A stretch of DNA of 64,000 bases from Phoronis australis (Eukaryota; Animalia; Phoronida). The notes beneath the pieces were generated by a model. It did not search any database. It was given only the letters and a program-made list of their open reading frames with translations, and was not told the DNA's origin. The DNA is taken from the NCBI GenBank assembly GCA_002633005.1, contig NMRA01000337.1, positions 62,001 to 126,000 of the forward strand, written 5' to 3'. Shown piece after piece: positions 1 to 64,000 of the stretch. Position 1 is the stretch's first letter; each line of letters opens with the position of its first letter. The position numbers were made by a program, and so were the translations under genes.

Positions 1-140
1 GCCGTCCCATTCATCAATAGAACATATGTGCCAAATTTCATGAACGTATGTCAAAGGGTTTGGAGATAGAGCAGCGGATGCCGGACGGACGCCGCCCGGA
101 CGGAGATGACGGCATAATGCGTCCACATGTGGGCGCATAA
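1..140 (-). mobile_element. Helentron-associated (HINE-like) element, 5' end
   Basis: Reverse complement (ttatgcgcccaca...gccgtcatctc...cgtccggc...tatctcc...gaaatttggca) matches the start of the element at 43309. Confidence 0.7.
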
Positions 141-293
141 AATTTTAGGGGTGTGGGTTGGAGAAATAAAAGAAAAATATGGGCGGTGAGTAAAATATGA
201 AAGTGCCTTCCCTCTCCTATACTTTTTTGCTGGAACAGCCCTGAAGTAGACAGAATCTCTTGAACAGAATAAAACCATCATGCAGAAACTCAC

Positions 294-443
294 CATTGAC
301 TTCTTCTTCATTTCTTTTTTATGTTTTTTCTCTTCCACCATATTTTTGTATTCTTCCTTTTCTTCAGCAGTCATGGAATCTTCAAACATTTTTTTTTCTT
401 CCACATACCTTTTGCGATTCTCTTGTGATTTCTCAAAGAAAGC
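294..443 (-). CDS. TFAM: TFAM-like exon: end of HMG box 1 plus linker
   Basis: cag|AFFEKSQENRKRYVEEKKMFEDSMTAEEKEEYKNMVEEKKHKKEMKKKSM|gtgagt; 150 nt, phase 0-0; resembles the TFAM linker exon. Downstream exons lie left of the window. Confidence 0.85.
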
Positions 444-1651
444 CTGTAAAAACGATGAAAACAAGCATTTGTAACTAAATGACCAAAATTTTCCCTACCA
501 CTGCAGAATGCACGGATATTGAAAACAACATCAAGGTCTGACATTCGTGAATACTGTCCTCTGCTTTGAGCTAATGTGCCATGGGAGACAATGATAGCTA
601 TGAACAAACAGCCCAGACAACAGTGACAGTAAAGGAGTGCTAAAAGTGGACCTATCTGACCGATAAACAATGTTTACAATAATTTCTCTATTCATTCAGA
701 CATAAAGTCTAATAAATCTAACAGACCCTTGAAATGGTAGAAAACCGAAAGATAATTTGGAGATGGGGTATTGTCAGAAACAATAATTTGCACCCATGGA
801 AATAATCTAACAGCATGTACAACTGGTGTTTTTTTCAGTTAGGAATTTAAGGCACATTTGCAGTGTGTCCTCCGACCAGTTAGCCATGCAGAACGAAACC
901 TATAAATGAAACTAGAGAGCATACACATACGTTTGCAGCCAACAAGTGGCAAGCAAAAATTATTCCACAATTCTCTAACTGTAAAAAAGCCTGTGAAGTA
1001 CAGATGCAACAAAATTATATATCAAGACTTCCGGAAAAACTTACTAAACTTTTTGTCACGTCTATTGTACAGTTGTAGAATAGACCATTTCTTTCTACAG
1101 AGGAATTAAAAAGTGGTCTTGAGCCAAGAATCTGATAATTACTAGCAAAACATCAACCACCAGAACATGAAACTGCCATCGACTGCCAAAAAAACTTTGC
1201 TGATGAGTGATTTTTAAAATGTTTTTTCACAAAGTCGTTTGAATCCTTGCCATAGTCAATGTTGACAAAAAATTAATTAAAGAAAAATTTGTTGGACTAG
1301 GACATAATATGTTGGAGAAGTGAAATTCTATCTTTCATGAAATAAAAGTTGCAACAATTAAATGCTATGCCGTACTTATAATTTGAGTCTTGAGAAATTG
1401 GAAGAATTCATGTAAGAAGCCTCTGATATAAAGATTGGCAATTAATTTTGTCTGAAACAGGCAAAATTTTACCGTTGGTGTTTTGAGGCTGCTGTTAATT
1501 CGATGAAAAATGTTTTCAGACCTAATTCCTTGACTGGTGGTGTAGTCATTTGCCGTGAGGTGCTAGAATGTGTACCTACCAAAGTTGGTAAATAATGAAC
1601 AGAGTTTAAAAAAGTTTGTTAACTACCAACTTCACAAAAGCATTACCATAC

Positions 1652-1722
1652 CTGTTTTTCTAGAGGCGGAAGAATTTTCCATTTTTGACCAGCGAGTTTC
1701 ATGATTCCAACAGCCTTAATGC
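1652..1722 (-). CDS. TFAM: TFAM-like exon: HMG box 1 helices 2-3
   Basis: tgtag|(G)IKAVGIMKLAGQKWKILPPLEKQ|gtatgg; 71 nt, phase 1-0; joins both neighbouring exons in frame. Confidence 0.88.
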
Positions 1723-1819
1723 CTACAACAAATGCATTGAACCAGGAAATAAATACACGGCACTGGAAACTTAATGCAGTATTCTAAGAAATCAAACCTA
1801 CACTAAATAAAAATTAGAA

Positions 1820-3480
1820 AAATAATATGATGGAAGGTGGTGCCTTGGTTACAGGCAAAAACCAACAATTAGTGTTAAAAACTCTGACCATTTTCACGAT
1901 GACTGAAAGTTCGGTATTTTGAATATAACGTTACAGAACAACTAGTAAAATAAAATAAAATAAAATAAAATAAAATAAAATAAAATAAAAAAGGTCACTA
2001 AAGCACAACAAAGCAATATGATCGGCACAAGGTTTTTGACATGAAGGTTTGTCATACCATTGAAACCAACTGGACTTGTCTCAAACGATTCGCAGACTTT
2101 TGCACACACAAGGTTGGATGGTTACCTTAAAACTCCACACAGCGGAGTTTTGGAGGTTAGATTTAAACTGAAATAAGCCGACTTTGCGTGATAGACTGGG
2201 ATCCCAGAAATTATCCACTTTCATTTGATCCCGATAACAGCCGTGCGAAGTTTTGACGGCCAATGTGTTTTTATGCATTTACTATTGAATGCATGTGTGA
2301 AGATTTTTTCACAATTTAATGTTCTCCATTCTCGTTTTTGTGTCTGGTCTTACAGATAGACTGGACGAATTATGCATATCTAAAAATAAACAAAAAACCA
2401 TTCTCCAGAATGAACTTTGGCAAACTTGGGGGGACCATTTCCCTACTGACGACGCGGGTATATGCCTTTTTCATGGCCTCTAGACCAATCTACTGCTCCA
2501 TTTTGTAATTCAGCCATTGTGGCTTGTATGCGGGGCATTAAGTATTTTGTCAATATGCCCAATGACACTTTTTGATACTTCTTATGTCAACTACGTGCGG
2601 CATCAGTTCAGTTATAGTCTGACGGCCACGTGAGTTAATGGGTCGATAATCCACTCTGGCCGTTTTATTTTCAACTTTGATTCCTGTCTGTGCTGGTTGG
2701 AATATTGCGTTAAGTCTTTATGCCTGGTTGTCTCGACACAGGATGTTTTCATGAGTCATGGGATACAACTTGACCGCCAACATGCAAGTTTGCCTTATGC
2801 AATGTTTTATACGCAGTCTATTTGAGAAGTGAACTTAAAATTAAAATAGAGCAACCAACATGTAATCAAAATGTAGATGGTCGTAATGTTGTAAACAAGC
2901 AGAACACTGGAAGGTCTGTTATGCTGTTTTGTTACTTTACTGTACACACAAACACTGACTTGAGCAATGAAAGTAGGGGTTGGCTATCTCGCCATGTTGA
3001 GCATGCTGATCAATTTTGACAAAAAAACGACAGCCCGATTAGGTTGTTTTTTGACACCAACCAATGCATACGAATATTTTTGGTGACTGCCGATGATAAA
3101 CTTATGTTGTGACTTCGAAAGAGAAAATCACAGCGAGAATTTTCAACTATCTGACTATGACTTCTCAGTCTGTTCACGATGGTTACTAATAGTTACAGCT
3201 GTGCAAGTCATGTTTGAATTTTGTGACTAACTGCGACAAAAAGGTCGATCCAATGCTTTGAGGCTTTTGAGGCTCACTGTCACAAGAAAAGATAGAAATA
3301 TTTATTTTCAATGCCCCAGCATACCTCCCTGCTCAGGAGATTTTGGAAGTATATGTAATATTTTTGTTAACTATGCAACATTGCATATCCAGTGGTCGTT
3401 GCCATTTTTCATAGTGACAAGATTTTTCGCCAACACCTATGTGGTCACGTGACTTGTTATTTCACGTATAGCCATCAGGC
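1820..3480 (+). mobile_element. Old interspersed repeat, copy 1
   Basis: 1825-1900 and about 2530-3470 align as the reverse complement of 38470-40565; (TAAAA)n tract at 1946-1990. Confidence 0.75.
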
Positions 3481-4586
3481 GGTGCTCCTGCTGGTCGCCT
3501 GCTATTAACGACCTGATTTTTAAAATTTTTGCTAAAGGCACAGATTACTGCATTCTCAGAGATCAAGCAAAGTGAGAGTTGGCCAAAGAACATAATTTGC
3601 ATAAAATTATACTAATCCGCTTTCGTGCTTAAAATTTCATTTCCATATAAAATGCTAATATTCTCTATATCCCATTTCTCTAATAGTGTGTGACGCTGCT
3701 TCAAAAACTGATCCCTATGGAGTCAACTACAGTTTGGACTTGAATTGTTTGAAAAACCATGACACAATTGCCAATACCTTAACTTGATATGAGTTCAGTG
3801 GTCGACATAACGAGACCCAGGTTGCATCTGCGACTTTAAGTTAGGAAATGTGAGCTGAAATTTTGGCCAGTTCGTAGAAGTTGCAAAATACAACGAGGAA
3901 TTTACAATGTATGCGAGCAGAGTTTTTACACTTCTTGGCAGATAAATGGCAAATATAAACAACAAGGGGCGTGGAGTAGTGAAGCAGCCTAATACAGATC
4001 TCTCCCAGGGTTTGCTTTACAAATTATGCCGTCAATAGTTGGTGTGACCACGCCTATTTTAGGAGTAAATATGTCGAGTGTAGGGGAGAATGAACTCGTT
4101 TTGCCTCCTGGCTAAATCAGACACTGAGATTGTGGCTGCTCCGCTCCGGCCGTGACTTTCCTTAATGTGATAAGCTGTTACAAATTTCTTATGACATTTT
4201 CGGGAGATAAGAAACTCAAGAAGCTTAATAATTGGCAAATGTATCAAGAAATGGTATAGGAATATTGTATTTAAACTGAAAAAATGAATAACAGTTACAG
4301 AACACTCAGCATTCTACGTCTACTCTTGTAATTGTAGTGACAGCAGACGATAATGTAGTTGTTAAAGCAGTGTATGCGAAGCGCTGAATTTAGCGCGACT
4401 TTGCGTGGTTTTGCATTTCATATCATAAAGAGTTCCATAGCAACTCGAGTACGATTCTCAGATTTGAGAACGTTTGGAGTCTACTCGAAATGCGACATTA
4501 AAGAAGCTTGTTTGAGTACAACTCCAGTGAGCACGATTTTGAGTATGAAATCTCGAGTATGAGTATGAGTCTGAGACCGAGCCCTG

Positions 4587-4642
4587 GGATTTTGGCTAAG
4601 TCACAAAATGCGACCTGGTGATTTTCATAGCATCGAGCGCTG
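4587..4642 (-). mobile_element. Terminal fragment of the 22319 hAT element family, abutting another CAGGGCTCGG end
   Basis: Reverse complement cagcgctcgatgctatgaaaatcaccaggtcgcattttgtgacttagccaaaatcc matches 22319-22375. Confidence 0.7.
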
Positions 4643-5266
4643 TAGTATCCATCTCCAAAGTTGTACGGTAAAATCTAACCAATTTGGGACAAAAATAATT
4701 GTCAAAATTGCCCTTTTCTTGTTTTTCAAGGTGTTCTTATATTGTTGTAAGGAACCAGACGTTTTTAAAACTTTGCATGACGGCATACAAAACTTACGGT
4801 AAAGCATTAAATTAGAGGTATATTTATTATATGAAAAAATGAGAAAATAAATTTCAGGTGTCATCCATATTCTGTCCTAACTTGGTGAGATTTCACCGTA
4901 CCTATACTACTAAGATAGATTGTCAAGTGTTTAGACGAACGCAGGATCACGAAGCATAAATTCCAAATATATCTTTACTTTTTGCATTGAATGGGGTTCT
5001 TTGGTCATTGATTCATATTAAGAATGTACATCAAATATCAATATACCAAAAGGTACTTGACGACAGGAGAGATGACGCTAGTTGTGGAATACAGCACCAG
5101 TGAGTAGGTATCAAAGCTACAGTACCAACGATATTTTTTGAAAAATTGTGGCCATTCATAGCTACATGTGTATAATAGAACTGCCCTGGAAGAAACCAAG
5201 AAGGCAGTTTTGACAATTATCTTCATCCAAAAGTCGATATTCTACCATACTTGAAATGCATCTCAC

Positions 5267-5412
5267 CTGGTTGTTCCTTTTGTAGATCCGTCCTGTTTGC
5301 CATCATCCACATAACAAAGGCATTCACTGGCCTTTTGGGGCTGTGAAACGACTTATCTGAATGTACACATGCCAGACATCTTGGGCTAGAAGTCAATGTG
5401 GGACTCAGAAGC
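5267..5412 (-). CDS. TFAM: TFAM-like exon: start of HMG box 1
   Basis: ttctag|LLSPTLTSSPRCLACVHSDKSFHSPKRPVNAFVMWMMANRTDLQKEQP(G)|gtgaga; PKRPxNAF HMG motif; 146 nt, phase 2-1. Confidence 0.88.
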
Positions 5413-6932
5413 CTAGAACAGGAAAAACATGCTATGTAATACAGCCATAATGGATACTTAGCTAAATTTCACCAAGCTTGGGTAGGCTCAATTCCAAGCT
5501 TGTATTGCAGAAAGGTTTTCAGAATAAGAAAGCAGATATACGGAAATGAGGAAACTCACTTGAAATTTATCCAGGAGTTTTAACTTTCCCTCCAGATCAG
5601 GAGAACTGAAGGAAATACTAGAAACTCTAAGTTTTTGCGTAGATTTGTCACGTATGATCACCTGAAGATGAGGCGATAGGTGTCAGTTCAGTGTTGTGAC
5701 ACATGATACGTACAGTAAAGCCAGTACAAATTGCTTGCCAATGGATCAATCAGTTTACAAACTTGGCCAACAGGCCAGAAATCCTCATTTCAAATCTTGG
5801 TACTAGTGTATTTTTCAATTGTGGCACCCAACTAAAGCACGGCCCATGAAAACCCGAGATGCTTGTAAGGCTTCTAAGTGGTGGATAAAGAGCCGGTGCC
5901 ACCCTGTAGGTGGTGGATTCAGAAGACAGGGAGAGCATCGCCGTGGGCAAATTCAAGGACACAGACGGTGGTGTTGCTAAGGTGAAATTTTAGGACACTA
6001 GGAATGTTGATAAGATCTGTTGGTTAAAATTTACATTAACATGTAATTTGCTTTAGTGCAGTGCAAATTTGTATCAACGTGAAAGTGATTACCTGAAACT
6101 TTCCAAGTTTCATGGTGCATTCCAAGTTCAAGCATACGTGATCTGGCACAGGTCGGATGCAGCGGTCCTTGATTTAGAGAACCAGGCAATCATTGAATAT
6201 CGGGCCCATTAGGCAATTACATAGCCCTGAATGGCATACAGGGGCAGTAATAAATCCCCATAAAAAGTTGCTCATCTCAAAATACAGCAAATAAAATCGA
6301 ACGAAACATGCATACATGCACATGGAGTTATAATTAACACACACCATGACTCACGATACAATTTAGTCAGCATAACTCGAACACATCCATGAAAATCTGT
6401 CGCGGTTCGCTTGAGCTTCTCTCACAGGTGACATTTTGAGGATGTTATGTGAAGTCATGCCTGTTGACAAAAAAAAGTCCAAGGGACACAAATCTTACAA
6501 ATTCCACCCGATATATTCCTATGTCACGCACCAGGTCGCGCGCTTTGCTCAGGCTCACGCTATTCTTTTCCTAACTCACAAGACTCAGTTGAAATACTTT
6601 GTGGTTGTCGTGCATGGTGAAAAAGTTAATGGCAACCAAAAAAGTGGAGTTCGAATTCTTTGCTAACGTCATCCTAATTGCCATAGTCGTGCTTCATCAA
6701 AGATATGTACAAAACCAGAAAGGATCCCTGAAGAAAGTAAGCGCTTTTTTAAAAGATGATTTTAGGTGTAAAATGAATTTTTGACGATCTGAAAACCTTT
6801 TAGTCGATGAGCGGATTTCGCCTTCCGCCTGCTTAAACTAAACAGGACAAAATTAGAATGGAAAATGATGGGAAGTATTGCAGCCCCTATCCAGCCAACC
6901 GAGGGGCTACGTGCTGCCTATGGGCCGCTTAC

Positions 6933-7009
6933 TTAGTGAATGAATCTGGTTCTTTAAATCTGGGACCGACCAGTGTCCATGATCTTGAGATCAAGCAAGT
7001 GTTTTTATC
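6933..7009 (-). CDS. Candidate upstream TFAM coding exon
   Basis: ttcag|DKNTCLISRSWTLVGPRFKEPDSFT(K)|gtaagc; 77 nt ending in phase 2, as the 5412 acceptor requires. No recognisable homology. Confidence 0.35.
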
Positions 7010-7939
7010 CTGAATTTAAGTTTAATTTTGGTCCACTTCTTGGTGCTCCAGCAGTAAAAAACATTGACGCAGTGCGCTCGAACGCAGCCATTGGATGTTA
7101 AACTTGATGTTATTTGTTCAGACAAAAGATCACAGTGGGTGCAAGACTTTTTGCTAAAACAATACGTAGGGCTTACTGGTGAACTAAATTGGTACCCGAT
7201 ATATCGGCAATGATTTACTTTGTCACAAACGAAGTGAAGAATTTGAATGGGTGTGAGATTTCCAACCTTCGTAGGCCTCCTTACTGCAAGCGTCTTACCT
7301 GCAGCTGCTAATGCGAAAATTGAATCAGCTCTCTCTTACCAACACATCATTCAAGAAGCTAAGTATGCAACTTGAAATAGGAGAAATAATACAGGTTGGA
7401 AATATATCCCGCGACTTTTCTAGGACTAAACTGCAATATGATTGTCATCAAATTCATCAAAGAGAGATAACACTAAGTGTAACAAACTATCTCCATTTTT
7501 TTGCAGTTCAATTTTTGGAACTCAGCAATTGAAAAACATACCGTCGAAAAAAACACGATGACACGTTGCCCTAGCCAAATGGTGTAGTCATGCGCAGGAA
7601 CATAGACTGGCAGCCCAGAGCACTTAGCATAGATGAACGAGGTACCAACATCTGACCACAGAAGCATTTAGAGGCCACCTCAGTATGTACAGAAATGGAC
7701 GTCTGCCATGGTCTACACTCTGGATGTGACCACTAGGGATCTTACAAAAGGCCAAAAAATGAGCTAGACTAGATATTCGAGGTAAAACCAAAACTGATTT
7801 AAAATAAACAAAAGTGCCGCACTAAACACCAAATGACAGACAGATTCCACTCTGGAATGGGTCCGGCAGAAACCTTCGTTGTCTCTCTCACGATCGTATC
7901 TGTCATCATCATGTTATCGTCGTCCATGTTGACTGATGA

Positions 7940-8070
7940 AAAAGGAACAGCACGTGTTGTAGCAAATCACCGATAGATGGCGCTAGATGCTGATATAGTA
8001 AGTTCCCTGAAATGGCTGCCGATTTCCTGATGCGCGTGGCTAGTTCGGAATGGCGTAGTTATAGACTAGA
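7940..8070. promoter_or_regulatory. Candidate bidirectional promoter between the TFAM-like and ABCC1-like genes
   Basis: Locally CpG-rich cluster with an E-box (CACGTG), AGATGGCGCT, AATGGCTGCC and AATGGCG (YY1/CTCF-like), between two divergent genes; plus-strand donor gtacgt at 8264. Confidence 0.4.
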
Positions 8071-9378
8071 GTAATTGAGGGTGGTGAAAAGGATTTGCAC
8101 GGATAGCCAGATGTCTGAGGAATGCAACGATACCAAAATCATTCATTTAGACCTACATTTAGTGGATTTATTTGGAATAAGTTAGGGTCTATTATATCCG
8201 ACTAGTGCCAGATTTTCATCGATTTGTTCAAGTTTTGCTGACTAAATCGTATCCAGAGTCATGGTACGTGTTAATTATAACTCTGTGTTGCTATATGTAT
8301 GGTTCATTTGATTTTATTTGCTGTATTTTGAAATGAGTAACTTTTTGTGGGGATGTCTTGTTTTGTCTTGTAATTCCCTGCGATTGTTTGGCGCAGCACC
8401 GTCTAAGTGACATAGTATAATCTAGGGGTAGGGTCCATATAATTAAACGATCTGATCTCCAGCAATGGTAATATCACAGATGAGTGGAGCACATACGAGC
8501 AGTGTCTGTGGACAATTGTGATACACAGAATGGAGGATTTCAGAGCACAATAAATTAAGGATCCGGTTCCGGGTCAGTGGGGACAGTTCACAGCATTAAT
8601 ATGGCACAGGTGTATTAATAATGATACGAAGCACAAAGCAAGTCACTGATCCATCCACAGCATCACCGATCTAAAATCCAGCAGATCATCTTTTGAGTTA
8701 ATGTCACAACACATATTGTCAGCATAACAGCGTCAACACAGCACACTTACACCTGTCACAATATAGAGCACAAACGAAGGTACGGGGTCAATTCACAGCA
8801 CTATTATTTTTGATATCCAAAGGCTCACAGGAGATTGTCACAAGAATTAATGTTTAGGTACCAGCTACATTGTGTGATGTGAATTGTCAATTTGGCACAG
8901 GGGCTGTACATATAGAACGACGAACACAAAAAAGGCCAGAGCCATCATTACTATCAATCCAAGGAAGCGGAATGATAATTAAACATTATGGATTTGAGTC
9001 GTAGAGACTAGTAGTGATGAAATGATTGTCCAGGAGTCAGTATCTCGTGTGTTCAGGATTCAGTTGTACCGGAATATGCATAAGTATCACAAGTAAGACT
9101 TGTGTAGACTTTTGCCTAAGCAGTAGGTTTAACTGTCAAATATGGAGCGTAAAGTTAAGATTTGAAGTCTGTGACCCTGGAGCATGGAAAATGCATACAG
9201 GAATGTATGGAAATTATGGTCCATAAATATTTACGAGACATCCATTGAATATATGAGGGACATCCCAATCGATTTGGTCCAGTACTTTGTCGTGGTGTTG
9301 GCATTGGGTGTGACTGTTGTTAGAGGGTATGCCGCAGAGTACAAACAATGCAGAGTGAAGGATTTGCATAATGCTGAT

Positions 9379-9830
9379 CTAGTGGTTGAGGGAATATTGA
9401 GGAGACTGCAAAACCCTAGATAGCTTCTGATGTAGATTGTAGATTAATTCCCTGCTGATAGTATATGCCTTGGTGACTTGCTCACGAGACAGGCAGATAA
9501 TGTTCATTACTGCAGTTGCATCTAAGACATGGTTGGTAGTCAGGGGAGGATTCAGTCGACTGTACTGTTGGGAAGTGAGGACCATTGTGAGCTTCTTGAG
9601 ATATCTTTCACGATGAGGTTGAAGTTTTGTGCAGGTGTAAATGAAGTGGTGTCTAGTCTCGTCCTCTTCGCCACAGAGAGGGCATGCTGCATTAACAGCA
9701 TACTGGTTGAATATAGCTCTGTTGGATTGAAGAATGTAAGTACCAGTTAGTAGCCTGGTCTTGACTTGATTGTCGCTCTCTCAGTCTCTGTATAGTGTAT
9801 ATCATACTGGGAGGCTTGGACAGAAGACCA
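9379..9830 (-). mobile_element. 5'-truncated non-LTR retrotransposon, ORF2 C-terminus with CCHC knuckle (RTE-X-like)
   Basis: VKTRLLTGTYILQSNRAIFNQYAVNAACPLCGEEDETRHHFIYTC...SRELIYNLHQKL; clade assignment is from recall. Confidence 0.75.
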
Positions 9831-10485
9831 GACGCAATGAGCAGAACTACTATCGCCCCTGTAGGCCCTATGCCTGCGGCATCCAGGGCCCCTGCCAGGG
9901 CGATGTAATTGCCATGGCATAAACCACAGGCGTCCTCAGCTTCTGATCGTCCCGGGGACGATCAGAACTAGCGCCTGTGGCATGCCACCAAAGCTTCTTA
10001 CACTCTTACAGAATGATTTACTTAATTTTGAATGTAAAAGTTCGGTACGTTAGACCCCCGAAAATGGTTGTATTTGAAACGCACTACAAACCTGTAGCAT
10101 TCCAGCACATGGTCACGAAGAAGCAAATTCGAGAATTTCGTTGATAATTTTCGCAGACAGTGCATGTTTTCAAACTGTTCAACAGGGATTTTGCAGCGAT
10201 CCTTGCGGACAATGTATGCTTCATTTTCCCGCCACCAGGATCGCAATGTCGTCACAAGCTGCAAAAAGGAACCCCAACGGGGAAAGAATTATTCTTTGTT
10301 TACCAATATTACTGTGCATCTGTCCTCTCACACAACATCAATTATGTCAAGTGCTGGTGTGGTCACTTCGAGAATAAAATCAAGTTATAAATTCAACCAT
10401 TTTCATTGAAAAGTGTCCATGAGCTACTTGGCGGCAAAACGTTTCATCGAATTGTTGTTGTAGAGCCACAAATGAGTTGAGCGGA

Positions 10486-63017
<52,532 letters not shown>

Positions 63018-63974
63018 GTGAGTAGAAGCACTTTCTTTTTGAGATGAAAACTGAATAATATATATTGAATAGATGACACCCAGTGTACCATTGAGTAGCT
63101 CATGTCAGCTTTGATAAATCAAATATGAGGTGGCCAATCTAACAGTGCATACAATTGGTGAACTGTCGGCCCATGTGTTATGTGTAAAATTAGAGACGAG
63201 GTAAACTCGCCATATTCTAATATGGTGAGTTTGTCTCTCTAAAATGGCTAGTGCCAAGACATGAAGTAAAAGTGAGGTTTTAAAGTTCAGGTAATGTGAT
63301 AATTGATGTGTTTATACCTGATCTTTTTTATCTTTTCTGCAGAAAAATCTCAGATTGATATTATAAGATAGTAACACATCTTGTGCATCAATGCCTGTTT
63401 TATTAAAGCTCCTATGTCCTGTCATAAGTACGATATTTTGAAGGTAATGTTGCGTTTTTGTGTAAGCGAAACAGTTGCATCGGACTGATTCATGATAGCA
63501 GTTCACATTCCAGTTGAAAGCCCACCTTCATAAACCATAATGAATAGTTTGCCAATAAAAATTCAAGATACAGCTGTGTTCAACTGAAACCAGGTGTATG
63601 ACAATTTATGAAACACAGCCTGGCATCTCTGTCCATCGTATATGTCAACTACTGACTTTCAAATTGCTCGTCAAACGATGCTTGCCTGTCTAGTTTGCAC
63701 TTATGCAGTGTTGTTTCATTTAGACTTTAAATGGCAGTTGTAGTTGCTTAAAATACAATTACTCAAGTGGTATGGTACACATTGTACCTGACGTGCGCAG
63801 GCCGCTCAGGTGGGCTTGTTGCACTGATTACCTGCAGTTGCTTAGAATGGCACTCAAAAGTTGTGTTGTCAACTAAAATAAACATTGTCCACAATTTCTA
63901 TTGTATTCTTATGCTGCTGTGCTATTTGTTCTGCTGTGCTCTGCTTTATCTAATTTTTCCTTGTTTTCGAAAAG

Positions 63975-63986
63975 TCCACGGTCAAG
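63975..63986 (+). CDS. Candidate 12-nt microexon of the ABCC1-like gene
   Basis: Long pyrimidine/TGC-rich tract, ctaat branch-like site, aag|TCCACGGTCAAG|gtacga; frame-preserving, phase 1-1, no stop. Confidence 0.45.
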
Positions 63987-64000
63987 GTACGAGAATGTTA

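Noticed and set aside
5750-5962. 70-aa minus-strand ORF as TFAM N-terminus
   Set aside because: Non-ATG start, ends in a stop, and no convincing phase-2 donor was found.

Overview
AT-rich, intron-rich animal genomic DNA, probably a marine invertebrate (taxon not determinable from sequence alone), with two N gaps (27301-27672, 30524-30640). It holds two divergent spliced genes. On the minus strand is a TFAM-like HMG-box gene: three clear exons at 5267-5412, 1652-1722 and 294-443, an unresolved 5' end around 5500-7950, and the rest off the left edge. On the plus strand is an MRP1/ABCC1-like ABC transporter: 18 GT-AG exons from ATG 10486 to 63017, all in frame, covering TMD0, L0, TMD1 and NBD1 and continuing off the right edge. 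The introns are crowded with nested non-autonomous DNA transposons (CAG-ended hAT-type elements with 5-, 6- and 8-bp TSDs, a TTAA Kolobok-like element, TA- and AT-flanked elements), Helentron-type HINEs, Penelope and other non-LTR relics, and minisatellites. Most notable observations: (1) two 36-nt tandem repeats that start at ABCC splice donors, one giving four identical donors; (2) a candidate 12-nt microexon preceded by UGC motifs; (3) ABCC exon 2 bracketed by two hAT elements with matching outer TIRs; (4) a HINE carrying an array of CTCF-like motifs; (5) an unidentified spliced antisense gene relic in intron 1. No prokaryotic system or CRISPR array is supported. All analysis was by eye; family assignments rest on motif recognition and recalled knowledge, not database searches.
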